DNA from: an uncultured Acidobacteriota bacterium
Lineage (GTDB): Bacteria > Acidobacteriota > Thermoanaerobaculia > Multivoradales > JAHEKO01
Length of the DNA: 64,000 bases
Direction of reading: 5' to 3'
NCBI GenBank assembly: GCA_963713825.1
Contig: CAVQNG010000003.1
Location: 320,001 to 384,000 of the forward strand
The position numbers were made by a program, and so were the translations under genes. The notes below the pieces were generated by a model that had not been told where the DNA came from, ran no database searches, and was given only the letters and a program-made list of their open reading frames with translations. This document shows, in pieces, positions 20,652 through 30,673 of this stretch; position 1 is the stretch's first letter, and each line of letters opens with the position of its first letter.

Positions 20652-22010
20652 CTACTGTGTGGTGCTCGTCCAGCCCGTAGTGTCGCCGGACTCGAAGCCG
20701 TCAGAGAAAACGACCTCGCCTCCAGTCGTGTACCGCTGGCCCTGGACGCTCCAGTTCGTGGTGTCGGTGCTGTTCGAGCCGTAGCTCATCCAGGCCACGA
20801 CGAACTCCCCGGGCGCACTGCGCGCTACGGAGGGACCGAACTGATTTCCCGTGGTGTAGGTGTTGACCTGGAACTCGCCGCCGGCTGGCACCCCGGCAGC
20901 ATCGTATGCCTGTCCCTGGATACTGTAGGCACTGTCGTCGCTACCGCTCGAGCCGTAGCTCATCCAGGTCACGACGAAATCCCCAGCTGCATCGGCGCTG
21001 ACTGAGGCGGCGAACTGGGAGTTCGTCGTGTAGGTGTTGACCTGGAACTCACCACCCGTCGGAGCCCCTGCCGCATCGAAACGCTGTGCCTGAATACTGG
21101 AGGTGCTATTGTCGCTGCCGCCCGAGCCATAGCTCATCCAGGCCACGACGAACTCCCCAGCAGCATTGACGCCAACCGATGCATTGAGCTGGCGGTTCGT
21201 CGTGTAGGTGTTGACTTGGAACTCGTCCCCCACCGGGGCCCCAGCCGCGTTGAAACGCTGCCCCTGAACGCTGAGGTCGCTCATGTCGGTGCCGAATGAG
21301 CCATCACTCTCCCAGACCACGACGAAGTCGCCACTTGCGTCGACGCCTACCGCGGGGACGGTCTGCATGCCCGTCGTATAGGTATTGACTTGAAACTCGC
21401 CACCCAGGGGTGCTCCGGCCGAATTGAAGGCTTGGCCCTGGATGCTCCCAGAGCTCGTATCCGTACCGTCCGAGCCAAAGCTGCGCCAGACCACGATGAA
21501 GTCCCCATCTGGAGCCGTCGCCACCGCCGGAGCCACCTGGAGGTTTGAGGTGTAGGTGTTGATCTCGAACTGCCCGCCAACCGAAGAGCCAGCAGCGTTG
21601 AAGCGCTGCCCCTGGATGCTCGAGCTCGAAGTGTCCAAACCCGCGGAGCCGGCACTGATCCAAACCACGATGAACGAGCCGTCATCGCGGACAGCTACCC
21701 GGCTGCCGGATTGGGAGTCCGTGGTGTAGGTGTTGACCTGGAACTCGCTACCCATCGGTGTTCCATCCGCAGCGAAGCGCTGCCCCTGGACGCTCTGGCC
21801 CGAGGTGTCGGTGCCACCCGATCCGAAGCTGTCCCAAACCACCACGAAGCGGCCGTCCGGAGCCGCACCTACCGACGGAAACCACTGTTGGTCGGTTGTG
21901 TAGGTGTTGACCTGGAACTGGTCACCCACGGGCACCGGCGCCTGCCCCCAAGCTACGGTTCCGAGCATCAGCAAAGACAAGACGAGTGTCACGGCAATTC
22001 TCATCAGCAC
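20652..22010 (-). CDS. Secreted 7-repeat (probable beta-propeller) protein with C-terminal FSDGFESGD tail
   Basis: Signal peptide; seven 58-aa EFQVNTYT repeats; ends VVFSDGFESGDTTGWTSTTQ; AAGGAG RBS. Confidence 0.85.
   Translation of the reverse strand: MLMRIAVTLVLSLLMLGTVAWGQAPVPVGDQFQVNTYTTDQQWFPSVGAAPDGRFVVVWDSFGSGGTDTSGQSVQGQRFAADGTPMGSEFQVNTYTTDSQSGSRVAVRDDGSFIVVWISAGSAGLDTSSSSIQGQRFNAAGSSVGGQFEINTYTSNLQVAPAVATAPDGDFIVVWRSFGSDGTDTSSGSIQGQAFNSAGAPLGGEFQVNTYTTGMQTVPAVGVDASGDFVVVWESDGSFGTDMSDLSVQGQRFNAAGAPVGDEFQVNTYTTNRQLNASVGVNAAGEFVVAWMSYGSGGSDNSTSSIQAQRFDAAGAPTGGEFQVNTYTTNSQFAASVSADAAGDFVVTWMSYGSSGSDDSAYSIQGQAYDAAGVPAGGEFQVNTYTTGNQFGPSVARSAPGEFVVAWMSYGSNSTDTTNWSVQGQRYTTGGEVVFSDGFESGDTTGWTSTTQ
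20854..21920. repeat. Intragenic coding repeat, 7 units with an exact 174-nt period
   Basis: Motif gtgtaggtgttgacctggaact and close variants start at 20854, 21028, 21202, 21376, 21550, 21724 and 21898. Confidence 0.9.
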
Positions 22011-22065
22011 GCTCCTTTAAGAAAACTCTCCTGCCTCCACTGGGGTGACTCCCATAAAGACCCAC

Positions 22066-23379
22066 CTATTGCACAGAGCTCGACCAGCCCGTAGTGTCGC
22101 CAGACTCGAAGCCATCGAAAAAGACGACCTCGGCTCCTGCTGAGTAGCGCTGACCATGGACGCTTCTGGAGCTCGTGTCGGTAGGCGACGCAAAGCTATC
22201 CCACACCACAACGAAGTTGCCTTGGCCAGTCATCCGCACGACTGGGTTCGATTGGTCGGCTGGGGTGTAGGTGTTGACCTGAAATTCGCCCCCTACGGGG
22301 GTGCCACTGGTGTCGAAATATTGAGCCTGAACGCTATCGCCGTCCAAGTCAGTGCCGAGGGAGCCATCACTCTTCCAGGCGATGATGAAGTTCCCTTGAG
22401 AGTCCATCGCCACCGTAGACTTTTCCTGCCAATCCGTCGTGTATGTGTTGACTTGAAACTGTCCCCCCACCGGGTTGCCGTTGGCATCGTATCGCTGCGC
22501 CTCGATACTGGTTCTACTCGTATCGGTTCCACCCCCCTCTTCCGTTTGCCAGGCAACAACGAAGTTCCCCACAGAGTTCGCCGCAACCGCAGGGTTATCC
22601 CCATACCCCGTGGTCTGAATCTCGAACTCCCCACCCACAGCGGCGCCGCTGACATCGTAGATCTGTCCCTGAATGTTCTCCAGATTACTCTGCCACACGA
22701 CGATAAAGTTCCCCTGGCCGTCTGCGGCGACTGCGGCACTCTCCTGCCGGCTCGTCGTGAAGGTGTTGACCTGGAACTCACCTCCAACGGGATCACCGTC
22801 GGTGTCGTAGAGCTGCCCCTGGATGCTGTTGTAGTCGTCGTCCGTGCCGTCCGAGCCATAGCTCTCCCAAATAACTACGAAGTTGCCTAGCGAATCCATG
22901 GCTACCGCTGGATCCGTCTGCTCGTCCGTCGTGAAGGTGTTGACCTGGAACTCACCACCGACGGGGTTGCCATCGGAGTCGAAGCGTTGAGCCTGAATGC
23001 TCTCCTCGCTCTTATCTGTGCCGGCCGAGCCGTTGCTCGCCCAGACAACGACGAAATTTCCCTGACCATCCATGGCAACGTCGGCTGCAGTCTGAGCAGC
23101 CGTGGTGTAGGTGTTGACTTGCAGCTGGCCCCCCTGCGGAGTGCCGCTGGCGTTGTAGCGCTGGGCTTGAACGCTGTGCGTGCTCGAGTCGTCACCGAAC
23201 GAACCGGTGCTCTGCCAGACCGCGACGAAATTACCGAGGGGGTCGATCGACACCGAGGGGACACCCTGATTGCTCGTCGTAAAGGTATTGATCTGGAACT
23301 GGTCACCCACAGGCGCAGGCGCCTGGGCGTGCAGTCCTGCCGAGATCAAGAGTGGAACCGCCAGTAGTGAGTACTTCAT
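22066..23379 (-). CDS. Paralogous secreted 7-repeat propeller protein with FFDGFESGD tail
   Basis: Signal peptide MKYSLLAVPLL..LHA; seven (E/Q)FQVNT(Y/F)T-type repeats; ends VVFFDGFESGDTTGWSSSVQ; GGAGG RBS. Confidence 0.85.
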   Translation of the reverse strand: MKYSLLAVPLLISAGLHAQAPAPVGDQFQINTFTTSNQGVPSVSIDPLGNFVAVWQSTGSFGDDSSTHSVQAQRYNASGTPQGGQLQVNTYTTAAQTAADVAMDGQGNFVVVWASNGSAGTDKSEESIQAQRFDSDGNPVGGEFQVNTFTTDEQTDPAVAMDSLGNFVVIWESYGSDGTDDDYNSIQGQLYDTDGDPVGGEFQVNTFTTSRQESAAVAADGQGNFIVVWQSNLENIQGQIYDVSGAAVGGEFEIQTTGYGDNPAVAANSVGNFVVAWQTEEGGGTDTSRTSIEAQRYDANGNPVGGQFQVNTYTTDWQEKSTVAMDSQGNFIIAWKSDGSLGTDLDGDSVQAQYFDTSGTPVGGEFQVNTYTPADQSNPVVRMTGQGNFVVVWDSFASPTDTSSRSVHGQRYSAGAEVVFFDGFESGDTTGWSSSVQ

Positions 23380-23485
23380 TCCTGTACCTCCAACGACACG
23401 TTTACAGGCCCGGGGCATTACTCCCCCCTGATCTGAGGGCCTCTCATCCAATTCACAACGAAAAGGTGCGGGCATCCTATCAGGA

Positions 23486-23497
23486 GAATACGTATTC
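23486..23497. promoter_or_regulatory. Perfect 12-bp palindrome, candidate operator in a divergent promoter
   Basis: GAATACGTATTC lies between the divergent starts at 23379 (-) and 23673 (+). Confidence 0.4.
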
Positions 23498-23610
23498 CCG
23501 GCCAATCACCGCCATTGGTCGATCACCGTTCGCTGAGCTTTTTGGCGTGTCTGGCGCCAACAGACCGTAGAGACGGTCCGGGGGCGGCTACCAGCGGCAG
23601 AGTGCTGTCC

Positions 23611-23637
23611 GGCGGGTGGGGACAAGCCCGCCCCTAC
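23611..23637 (-). repeat. GTAG-family REP-like palindrome
   Basis: Minus strand reads GTAGGGGCGGGCTTGTCCCCACCCGCC; a similar element is at 40929-40953. Confidence 0.55.
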
Positions 23638-23672
23638 TTGACGCAGCAACTCTGTGGCCATAGGTTGAGACC

Positions 23673-25628
23673 GTGAAACTCCGCTCAGCTCTACTAGCCC
23701 TGGCAATCGCTGGACCATTGCTGTCCTGCGGTGGGGGCTCATCCGACGGCAAGGTCATCTTCCTCGGGATCGACGGCCTCGACCCCTTGGCGATCGATCT
23801 GTTGATGTCCGAGGGGAAGCTGCCCAACTTCGCTCGCCTGAGGCAGGACGGAGCCTACGGTCGCCTGATCAGTCAGAAGCCGATCTTGAGCCCCATCATC
23901 TGGACGACGATCGCCACCGGCAAGACCCCGGGGCAGCACGGGATCGGACATTTCGTCGCCGCCGATCCCCAGACCGGCGAGAGTCTGCCTGTGACCAGTG
24001 ATCTGCGGCAGGTAGAGGCTCTCTGGAACATCGCCGCCAAGGCGGGTAGACGCCCCGCTGTGGTCGGGTGGTGGGCAACCTGGCCGCCGGAGCCCATCGA
24101 TGGCCTCATCGTCAGTGACCACACCTCCTACCACTTTCTCTTCGAGGAAGGCTTCACGGGGGCCGGGGCTCAGCAGGAAACCACCCATCCACCAGAGCTC
24201 GCCTCCGAGATCGCACCTCTACTCCGCCGCCCGACGGATCTCACCTACGAGGAAATCTCCCCATTCGTCGACATCAGCCCCGAGGCGTTCTCACAGCCGT
24301 TCGATCTGTCCGACGACCTGGGGCATTTCAAATGGGCCCTGGCCACGGCGAAGAGCTACCGAGACATCGGGCTCCAGCTCTGGCGGCAGGAGAAGCCAGC
24401 CCTGGAGATGGTCTACATCGAGGGCGTGGACTCGACCTCCCACCTGTTCGGCCATCTCTTCAGGGTCGAGGGTCTGGTTGGTGAGCTGGCCGACCAACAA
24501 TCGAAGTACGGCAAGACCGTCGAGCAGATGTACCGCTTCGCCGACGATCTGGTAGGGCAGTATCTCGAGGCAATGGACGACGACACCACGCTGGTCGTGG
24601 CATCGGACCATGGATTTCGGCTCGGTGAGCTGCACGACGACCCGAGCCGCGTTCGGGACATGCGTCGGGTCAGCGAGCGGTTCCACCGCATAGAAGGCAT
24701 CCTCTATCTCTACGGTCGCGGAGTGAAGCGGCATTCGAGACTCGACAAGCCCGTCCTTGTCGATGTTGCTCCCACAGTGCTCGCCCTGCTCGACTTGCCG
24801 GCCGCCGAGGACATGCCGGGCAGGGTGCTCACGGAAGCCCTGGAGATTCCGCAGGTACCAGACCGCATCGCCTCCTACGAAGCCGGCGAGCGTGGCGAGC
24901 AGGAAGGTGTCGCCAGGGACGAGGAAGTGGACCAGGCTGTGATCGAGCGACTGGAGGCCCTCGGCTATCTGGGTGGAGTTCAATCGAGCGAGGGCGAGCG
25001 CAACCTGGCGGCGATCGCCTTTGAGGAGGGCCGCCTGGAAGACGCCGTCGAGATCTACGAGCGCCTCATCGAAGCCGAGCCCGAGGAAGCCGGCCTCCAC
25101 ACCAGCCTGGCTGGTGCCTACGGTGTCATGGGCAACTACGAGGCGGCCCTCGGGCAGCTCGAGATGGCTCTAAAGCTCGAGCCCCTGAACGTGGAGGCCT
25201 ACCACAACCGGGCCGTGATCCATGAGCGTCAGGGCCGACGCGAGCTCGCTCTCGCCGACTACAGCACCGCTTTGCGCTATGCACCGGACTACGAGCCATC
25301 GCGGGCCGCCATGCTTCGCCTCACCGGCAGCGCTTCGGCGAACGCTCCGCAGAGCGAGGTCGAGCAGCAGGCCGGCTTTCTCGCCGAGAAGGCCAGCCTG
25401 GCCGCCCGGCGTGGTGACTACGACACGGCTCTGACACTGCTCGATCGTGCCGAGGGAATCGCCCCCCAATACAGCCTGGTGCACCAGTATCGATCCAACG
25501 TCGCCTATCTCATGGGTGATCGAGCGGCTGCCATCGCAGCGCTGGAGCGGGCCCTCGAGCTCGAGCCAGACAACGCGCTGTTCCAGGAGAACCTGAAGCG
25601 TTTGAAAGAAAGTCCCACCGAGCAGTAG
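23673..25628 (+). CDS. Alkaline-phosphatase-superfamily (type I phosphodiesterase-like) lipoprotein with TPR C-terminus
   Basis: Lipobox LLSC, GIDGLD, LSPIIWTTIATG, GWWATWP, SDHGF, DVAPTVL, ERLEALGY, then TPRs. Confidence 0.88.
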   Translation: MKLRSALLALAIAGPLLSCGGGSSDGKVIFLGIDGLDPLAIDLLMSEGKLPNFARLRQDGAYGRLISQKPILSPIIWTTIATGKTPGQHGIGHFVAADPQTGESLPVTSDLRQVEALWNIAAKAGRRPAVVGWWATWPPEPIDGLIVSDHTSYHFLFEEGFTGAGAQQETTHPPELASEIAPLLRRPTDLTYEEISPFVDISPEAFSQPFDLSDDLGHFKWALATAKSYRDIGLQLWRQEKPALEMVYIEGVDSTSHLFGHLFRVEGLVGELADQQSKYGKTVEQMYRFADDLVGQYLEAMDDDTTLVVASDHGFRLGELHDDPSRVRDMRRVSERFHRIEGILYLYGRGVKRHSRLDKPVLVDVAPTVLALLDLPAAEDMPGRVLTEALEIPQVPDRIASYEAGERGEQEGVARDEEVDQAVIERLEALGYLGGVQSSEGERNLAAIAFEEGRLEDAVEIYERLIEAEPEEAGLHTSLAGAYGVMGNYEAALGQLEMALKLEPLNVEAYHNRAVIHERQGRRELALADYSTALRYAPDYEPSRAAMLRLTGSASANAPQSEVEQQAGFLAEKASLAARRGDYDTALTLLDRAEGIAPQYSLVHQYRSNVAYLMGDRAAAIAALERALELEPDNALFQENLKRLKESPTEQ

Positions 25629-27593
25629 GTGCCGATGACGTCGACTAACGCTGCCGGCGGCCAGGATGCCAGGAGGCTCCATGCCCTCGTCCTCGGGCTG
25701 TCCCTCTTCCTGATCTACGCCTGGGGCGCCAGCCGCGCCATCTACGTCGGCGACAGCGGCGAGTTGGTGGCTGCGGTCCACACGCTGGGCATTCCACATC
25801 CGAGCAGCTACCCGCTCTACGTACTTCTGGGAAAGCTCTGGACGGTACTCGTTCCGGTTGGCTCCATCGCCTTCCGAATGAGCCTGTTCAGCGCCTTCTG
25901 CGCCGCCGCAGCGGTGGCGGGCCTCTACCTCCTGGGCCGACGCCTTGGACTCTCCACGATTCCTGCTCTGTTCTCGTGCTTGCTGCTCGCCTTCAGCCCC
26001 AGCTTCTGGTCCCAGGCCAACATCCAGAGGGTCTACAGCCTCAACGCATTGCTTCTGGTCATGGCCCTGAGCCTTGCCGCGGCCTGGTACCAATCGCGAC
26101 AGCCCAGAGCACTCGTCGCGGCGTTCTTCGTGGCGGCTCTGGGAGCCACGAATCACACCTACATGGGGGTCTTTGCGATCGCCCTGGGGGTGTCCGCACT
26201 CATTGCCGAACCGGGACTCCTGCGCAAGCCCCGAACGCTGATCGCCTCGGGGGCGGCGTTCGTTCTAGGGCTCGTACCGTATCTGTACCTTCCTCTTCGC
26301 TCCCGCGCCAATCCCCGGCTCGATTGGGGAAACCCCGAGACGATTCGAGGCGCGATCGATGTGATCTTGCGACGCGAGGCATGGGAGAGAGCCTGGATCG
26401 AGTCGCCAGCCGACCTGCTCACGATCGCCGGAGATCTTCTGCTTCGCATCGGAATCGAGCTCTTCTGGCTGGGAGCTGTTCTGGCCCTGGTCGGGCTCTT
26501 GTGGGCCAGGGCAAAAAAATGGCCCGTTCTCCTGCTCCTTCTGGCCGTCTTCGGCAACTATCTGGCGATGGCTCTGCACGGGTCTCGCAGCGATCTATTT
26601 ATCTGGTATCGCTACTACATCCCGACGTTCGTCATCCTCGCTCTGCTCGCGGGCCTGGGGCTGGAGCTCGTCCGTGAGCACCTTTCTCCCAAGCTCGCGG
26701 CGGCAGCCCTCCTGTTGCCATTGACCATGCTCGTGGTGGGCTATCCACAGTTCGATCGCAGTCACTTCCGTATCGCAGACGATTTCAGTAGAACGCTGCT
26801 ATCGACGCTGCCTCCAGGCGCCCACCTGAGCGCCAGCGACGACAACATCCTCTTTGTGCTGATCTATCTGCAACTGGTGGAAGGGGTGCGGCCCGATGTC
26901 GACCTGATCCTCCAGGGCGTTGGGGGGGCCGACCTACCCCCATTGCGCTTCGACCCGGACGCCGACCCTCTCTACTTCACGCACCACCCCAACTGGGAGG
27001 TGCCAGAGCTCGATATTGTCGGCACAGGTCTGACGTTTCGGATTCAAAGGGGGGGCACACCTGTCCCGGAGCCAGTCATCCCGAAGACCGAGCTCGACGG
27101 CGAGATGGACCCGTCAGTTCCAAAGGACTACCTGACCCAGAACCTGATCGGTCACTTTCACTACATGCAAGGTGTGACCTTCGAGCGCTTGGACTGGCCC
27201 AGGGCCGAGGCAGCGTTCGCCAGGGCCCGCCATGCAGCGCCGAACAACGATGTGCTGTTCTACAACCTGGGGTTGATCTACCGCCGAAACGGCCTCCTCG
27301 ACCGCTCCCTCACCGCCTTCGAGCGCTCCGAGGCCATCAATCCCCGACACATCGCCTCGAGCAGCCGGGTGCGGGCCGCCGACCGTATTGGTGAGTTGGA
27401 GGACGAGGTAGAGAGGCTGGGTCGACTCGAAGCCGAGCTTGCCGAGGCCAAACCCATTCGAGGGCTCGACCCCGACTCTGCCGAGTACCACCAGGCGATG
27501 GCAGCAAGCCTCTTCTCGCAAGGCGAGCCCCTTGCAGCCCGGGGTCACGCCCTCAGAGCGATCGAAGCTCAGGCTCTCTCCTCTGCAGGCTGA
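25629..27593 (+). CDS. DUF2723/TMEM260-like GT-C glycosyltransferase with TPR tail
   Basis: GDSGELV..LGIPHPSSYPLY, FWSQA...VY.LN, PYLYLPLRS...DWGNP; multi-TM; C-terminal TPR. Confidence 0.85.
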   Translation: MPMTSTNAAGGQDARRLHALVLGLSLFLIYAWGASRAIYVGDSGELVAAVHTLGIPHPSSYPLYVLLGKLWTVLVPVGSIAFRMSLFSAFCAAAAVAGLYLLGRRLGLSTIPALFSCLLLAFSPSFWSQANIQRVYSLNALLLVMALSLAAAWYQSRQPRALVAAFFVAALGATNHTYMGVFAIALGVSALIAEPGLLRKPRTLIASGAAFVLGLVPYLYLPLRSRANPRLDWGNPETIRGAIDVILRREAWERAWIESPADLLTIAGDLLLRIGIELFWLGAVLALVGLLWARAKKWPVLLLLLAVFGNYLAMALHGSRSDLFIWYRYYIPTFVILALLAGLGLELVREHLSPKLAAAALLLPLTMLVVGYPQFDRSHFRIADDFSRTLLSTLPPGAHLSASDDNILFVLIYLQLVEGVRPDVDLILQGVGGADLPPLRFDPDADPLYFTHHPNWEVPELDIVGTGLTFRIQRGGTPVPEPVIPKTELDGEMDPSVPKDYLTQNLIGHFHYMQGVTFERLDWPRAEAAFARARHAAPNNDVLFYNLGLIYRRNGLLDRSLTAFERSEAINPRHIASSSRVRAADRIGELEDEVERLGRLEAELAEAKPIRGLDPDSAEYHQAMAASLFSQGEPLAARGHALRAIEAQALSSAG

Positions 27594-27652
27594 TCGCGCC
27601 CCAATCCTGCCGGTATGAAACGTCCATCGTGCCCAAAGAGTGGTCGAGGGAA

Positions 27653-27664
27653 TGACATTTGTCA
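27653..27664. promoter_or_regulatory. TGACA-N2-TGTCA inverted repeat, probable binding site of the downstream NarL/DesR-type regulator
   Basis: TGACATTTGTCA about 77 bp upstream of the ABC-TCS operon; resembles DesR-type sites. Confidence 0.6.
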
Positions 27665-27740
27665 CCCGAGATTGCTGACGATCCTCCCTGATCAATGAGT
27701 CGTCTGACAGCCACAATGTCTCCATCAAAGGAGGCATTCG

Positions 27741-28646
27741 ATGGCAAACCACGAACCACACGTCATAGCCGAGCTCCAGAACGTCTGGAAGTCCTACGGC
27801 GAGCTGATGGCTCTTTATGGTCTCGACCTGGAAGTCAGGGCCGGTGAGGTCCTGGCAATTCTGGGACCCAACGGCGCTGGAAAGACGACCACCGTCAACC
27901 TGCTTCTCGGGCTGGCCGAGCCCCTCCAGGGGAGCGTACGGGTCTTCGGCTGTGCACCCGACGACTCGCGAAGCCGCACTCGGGTCGGAGCCATGCTGCA
28001 GATCTCCGCGGTTCCACAGACCTTGCGAGTTGCCGAGCTCGTCGAGCTGTTCTCGAGTTACTACCCAGACCCACTCGCTCTTGCGGAGACTCTGCGCATC
28101 GCCGGACTCGAGGGTCTCGAGAAACGTCCCTTCGGACAGCTCTCGGGCGGCCAGCGGCAACGGGTGCTCTTTGCCCTGTCGATCTGCGGGGATCCGGAGC
28201 TGCTCTACCTCGATGAGCCTACGACCGGTCTCGATGTCGAGGCGCGGCGCGCGCTCTGGCAGCAGATCAGGACCTTCGTCGCGCGCGGTCGAAGTGTCGT
28301 CCTGACTACCCATTACCTGGAGGAGGCCGATGCCCTGGCCGATCGGATCGTCCTACTCAACGAGGGCCGTTCCATTGCCGAGGGCTCGCCCGCCATGATC
28401 AAGGCTCGCGTTCAGGGGCGCCGCATCCGCTGCCGTACTCGCCTGCACACCTCCGAGATCGATGGCATTCCAGGTGTCAAGAGCGTCGAAGCTCTAGATG
28501 GCACGATCGAGATCCTCACTTCCCGAGCCGAACCGGTCGTTCGCGAGCTCCTGATGCGCGACGGCGAGCTGTCGGACCTCGAAGTCATCGGCGCCGCTCT
28601 CGACGATGCATTCCTCGCCCTGACCAACAAGAAGGAGGCAGCATGA
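27741..28646 (+). CDS. ABC-2 type exporter ATPase (YvfR-like)
   Basis: GPNGAGKTT, LSGGQRQR, LDEPTTGLD, TTHYLEEA. Confidence 0.93.
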   Translation: MANHEPHVIAELQNVWKSYGELMALYGLDLEVRAGEVLAILGPNGAGKTTTVNLLLGLAEPLQGSVRVFGCAPDDSRSRTRVGAMLQISAVPQTLRVAELVELFSSYYPDPLALAETLRIAGLEGLEKRPFGQLSGGQRQRVLFALSICGDPELLYLDEPTTGLDVEARRALWQQIRTFVARGRSVVLTTHYLEEADALADRIVLLNEGRSIAEGSPAMIKARVQGRRIRCRTRLHTSEIDGIPGVKSVEALDGTIEILTSRAEPVVRELLMRDGELSDLEVIGAALDDAFLALTNKKEAA

Positions 28647-29455
28647 CCACCACAGCCCAGTCCGTCGCGACTCCCATGGATGGCAAGTCCCGCAGCCTCA
28701 CCAGGATCTTCACCCTCGAGGCCAAGTACGAGCTCTTGAAGCTCCTGCGGATGCCGGCCTACGCCATACCCACGGTGATGTTCCCTCTGCTCTTCTACGT
28801 CTTCTTCGGACTCGTCTTCGGCGGTGGACGCATGGCGGGACCGGTCAACATGCCCACCTATCTGCTCGCCACCTACGGCGCCTTCGGAGTCATCGGGGCC
28901 TCGCTCTTTGGCTTCGGCGTCGGGGTCGCCATCGAGCGCGGTCAGGGTTGGATGCTGCTCAAGCGGGCCACCCCCATGCCGCCCCTGGCCTACTTCACCG
29001 CCAAGATCTTCATGGCCCTGACCTTCAGTCTGATCATCGTCCTGGGCCTCTTCGCGCTCGCGGCAATCTTTGGCGGCGTCACTATGCCCGCCTCCGCCTG
29101 GCTGTCGCTGGCCGCGGTGCTGATTGCCGGGGCGCTCCCCTTCTGTGCCTTCGGCCTAGCCCTGGGCTATTTCTGCGGCCCCAACTCGGCGCCGGCGATT
29201 GTCAATCTCTTGTACCTGCCGCTGGCGTTCCTGTCGGGTCTCTGGATCCCGGTGCAGGCGCTGCCCGGCCTGCTCCAAAATCTGGCGCCGGCCCTACCTC
29301 CTTACCACTTCAGTCAGTTGGCGCTCGCTCAGATCGGCGCATCGGCCGGCCCGGCACCCTGGGTCAGCATCCTCTATCTGGCAGTCTTCACAGCTCTGTC
29401 TCTTGGCCTCGCATTGTTCGGCTATCGCCGCGACGAGGGCAAGACCTACGGCTAG
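28643..29455 (+). CDS. ABC-2 type permease (YvfS-like)
   Basis: About 6 TM helices, ER..GW...RATP, FLSGLWIP; ATGA overlap. Confidence 0.9.
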   Translation: MTTTAQSVATPMDGKSRSLTRIFTLEAKYELLKLLRMPAYAIPTVMFPLLFYVFFGLVFGGGRMAGPVNMPTYLLATYGAFGVIGASLFGFGVGVAIERGQGWMLLKRATPMPPLAYFTAKIFMALTFSLIIVLGLFALAAIFGGVTMPASAWLSLAAVLIAGALPFCAFGLALGYFCGPNSAPAIVNLLYLPLAFLSGLWIPVQALPGLLQNLAPALPPYHFSQLALAQIGASAGPAPWVSILYLAVFTALSLGLALFGYRRDEGKTYG

Positions 29456-29500
29456 AAACCCGTGGCTCGAGAGTTCTGTGAGCTACACTGAGGAGCCCCC

Positions 29501-30673
29501 ATGCGTCTGATTCCGAAAGCGGACGAGCTCGGTTGGACCCCGTACGCCTGGCTGGTCTACCTGGGCATCTTCTGGTTGGCAGCCCTGGTTGACGACCCAA
29601 CGCCTACGGACTGGACTCTCACCGCTCTCGGCACGGCCCTCTTCCTGCCACTCTATTTCTGGGGCTACTGGCTCTCCGGCCGCAAGGCCCTGATCGCCGT
29701 AGCCGGGATCACGCTGCTGGGCATCGTGTTCGCGCCAATCAACTGGGGCTCCAGTGTCTTCTTCGTCTTTGCGGCGGGCCATCTGGGCTATGTGGGTCCG
29801 GCGGGCTTTGCCTTCCGGCTGCTACTCGTGCTGGCCGCTCTTCCTCCGCTCGAAGCCTGGCTACTCGATCTGTCGCCCTTCTTCTGGATCCCGGGCATGG
29901 TCTTCAGCCTCCTCGTCGGTGGCATCAACATTCACCACGCCGGTGTGCGGCGTTCGCAGGCCGCGCTCCGACGCACACAGGACGAGGTCGAAAGGCTGGC
30001 CAAGCTGGCCGAGCGCGAAAGGATCGCCCGCGATCTGCACGATCTGCTGGGGCACACCCTGACCGTGATCACCCGCAAGTCGGAGTTGGCTCGCCGGTTG
30101 GCCGACAAGGATCCCGAGCGGGCGGTCCAAGAGATCGCCGAGGTCGAACAGGTGGCTCGCGATGCCCTCAAAGAGGTCCGCACCGCACTCAGCGGGTTCC
30201 GACAGACGGACTTCTCGACGGAGCTGGCGCAGGCCCGCGTGGCGCTGCAGTCGGCCCTGATCCACTTCGAGGCGGAGGTCGATGCGATCGACATCGATCC
30301 TGCGACAGAGCAGGTACTCGCATTGGCTCTTCGCGAAGCCACCACCAACGTCCTGCGCCATTCGCAGGCCGACTCGTGCCGGGTGCGCCTCGAGAACTTG
30401 GAGGATCAGGTCCGGCTCAGCGTACAGGACAACGGCAAGGGCACCGCGGGGCGAGATGGTGCGGCCCAGGACGGCCTCGGCTTGACTGGAATGCGGGAGC
30501 GGGTGAGCGCCCTGGACGGTGACTTCAACGTCGAGGGACGAGGAGGGACGACGGTGACGATCACACTACCCGTCACGCGAACTGCCGACAGCATGGCCCG
30601 GTCGAGCCAGCGGATTCGATCCGACAAGCCGTTCTCCCCCTGCAACCCAGAACCGTCAGGGGCCGAAGGATGA
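29501..30673 (+). CDS. DesK/YvfT-like membrane sensor histidine kinase (HisKA_3)
   Basis: ERERIARDLHDLLGHTL, REATTNVLRHS, DNGKG, GLTGMRER; N-terminal TMs. Confidence 0.93.
   Translation: MRLIPKADELGWTPYAWLVYLGIFWLAALVDDPTPTDWTLTALGTALFLPLYFWGYWLSGRKALIAVAGITLLGIVFAPINWGSSVFFVFAAGHLGYVGPAGFAFRLLLVLAALPPLEAWLLDLSPFFWIPGMVFSLLVGGINIHHAGVRRSQAALRRTQDEVERLAKLAERERIARDLHDLLGHTLTVITRKSELARRLADKDPERAVQEIAEVEQVARDALKEVRTALSGFRQTDFSTELAQARVALQSALIHFEAEVDAIDIDPATEQVLALALREATTNVLRHSQADSCRVRLENLEDQVRLSVQDNGKGTAGRDGAAQDGLGLTGMRERVSALDGDFNVEGRGGTTVTITLPVTRTADSMARSSQRIRSDKPFSPCNPEPSGAEG

Noticed and set aside
20854-23300. Regularly spaced repeats of about 22 nt resembling a CRISPR array
   Set aside because: The period is 174 nt, the repeats are in-frame coding (EFQVNTYT) with synonymous variation, the intervening sequences are homologous to each other, and no cas genes are present
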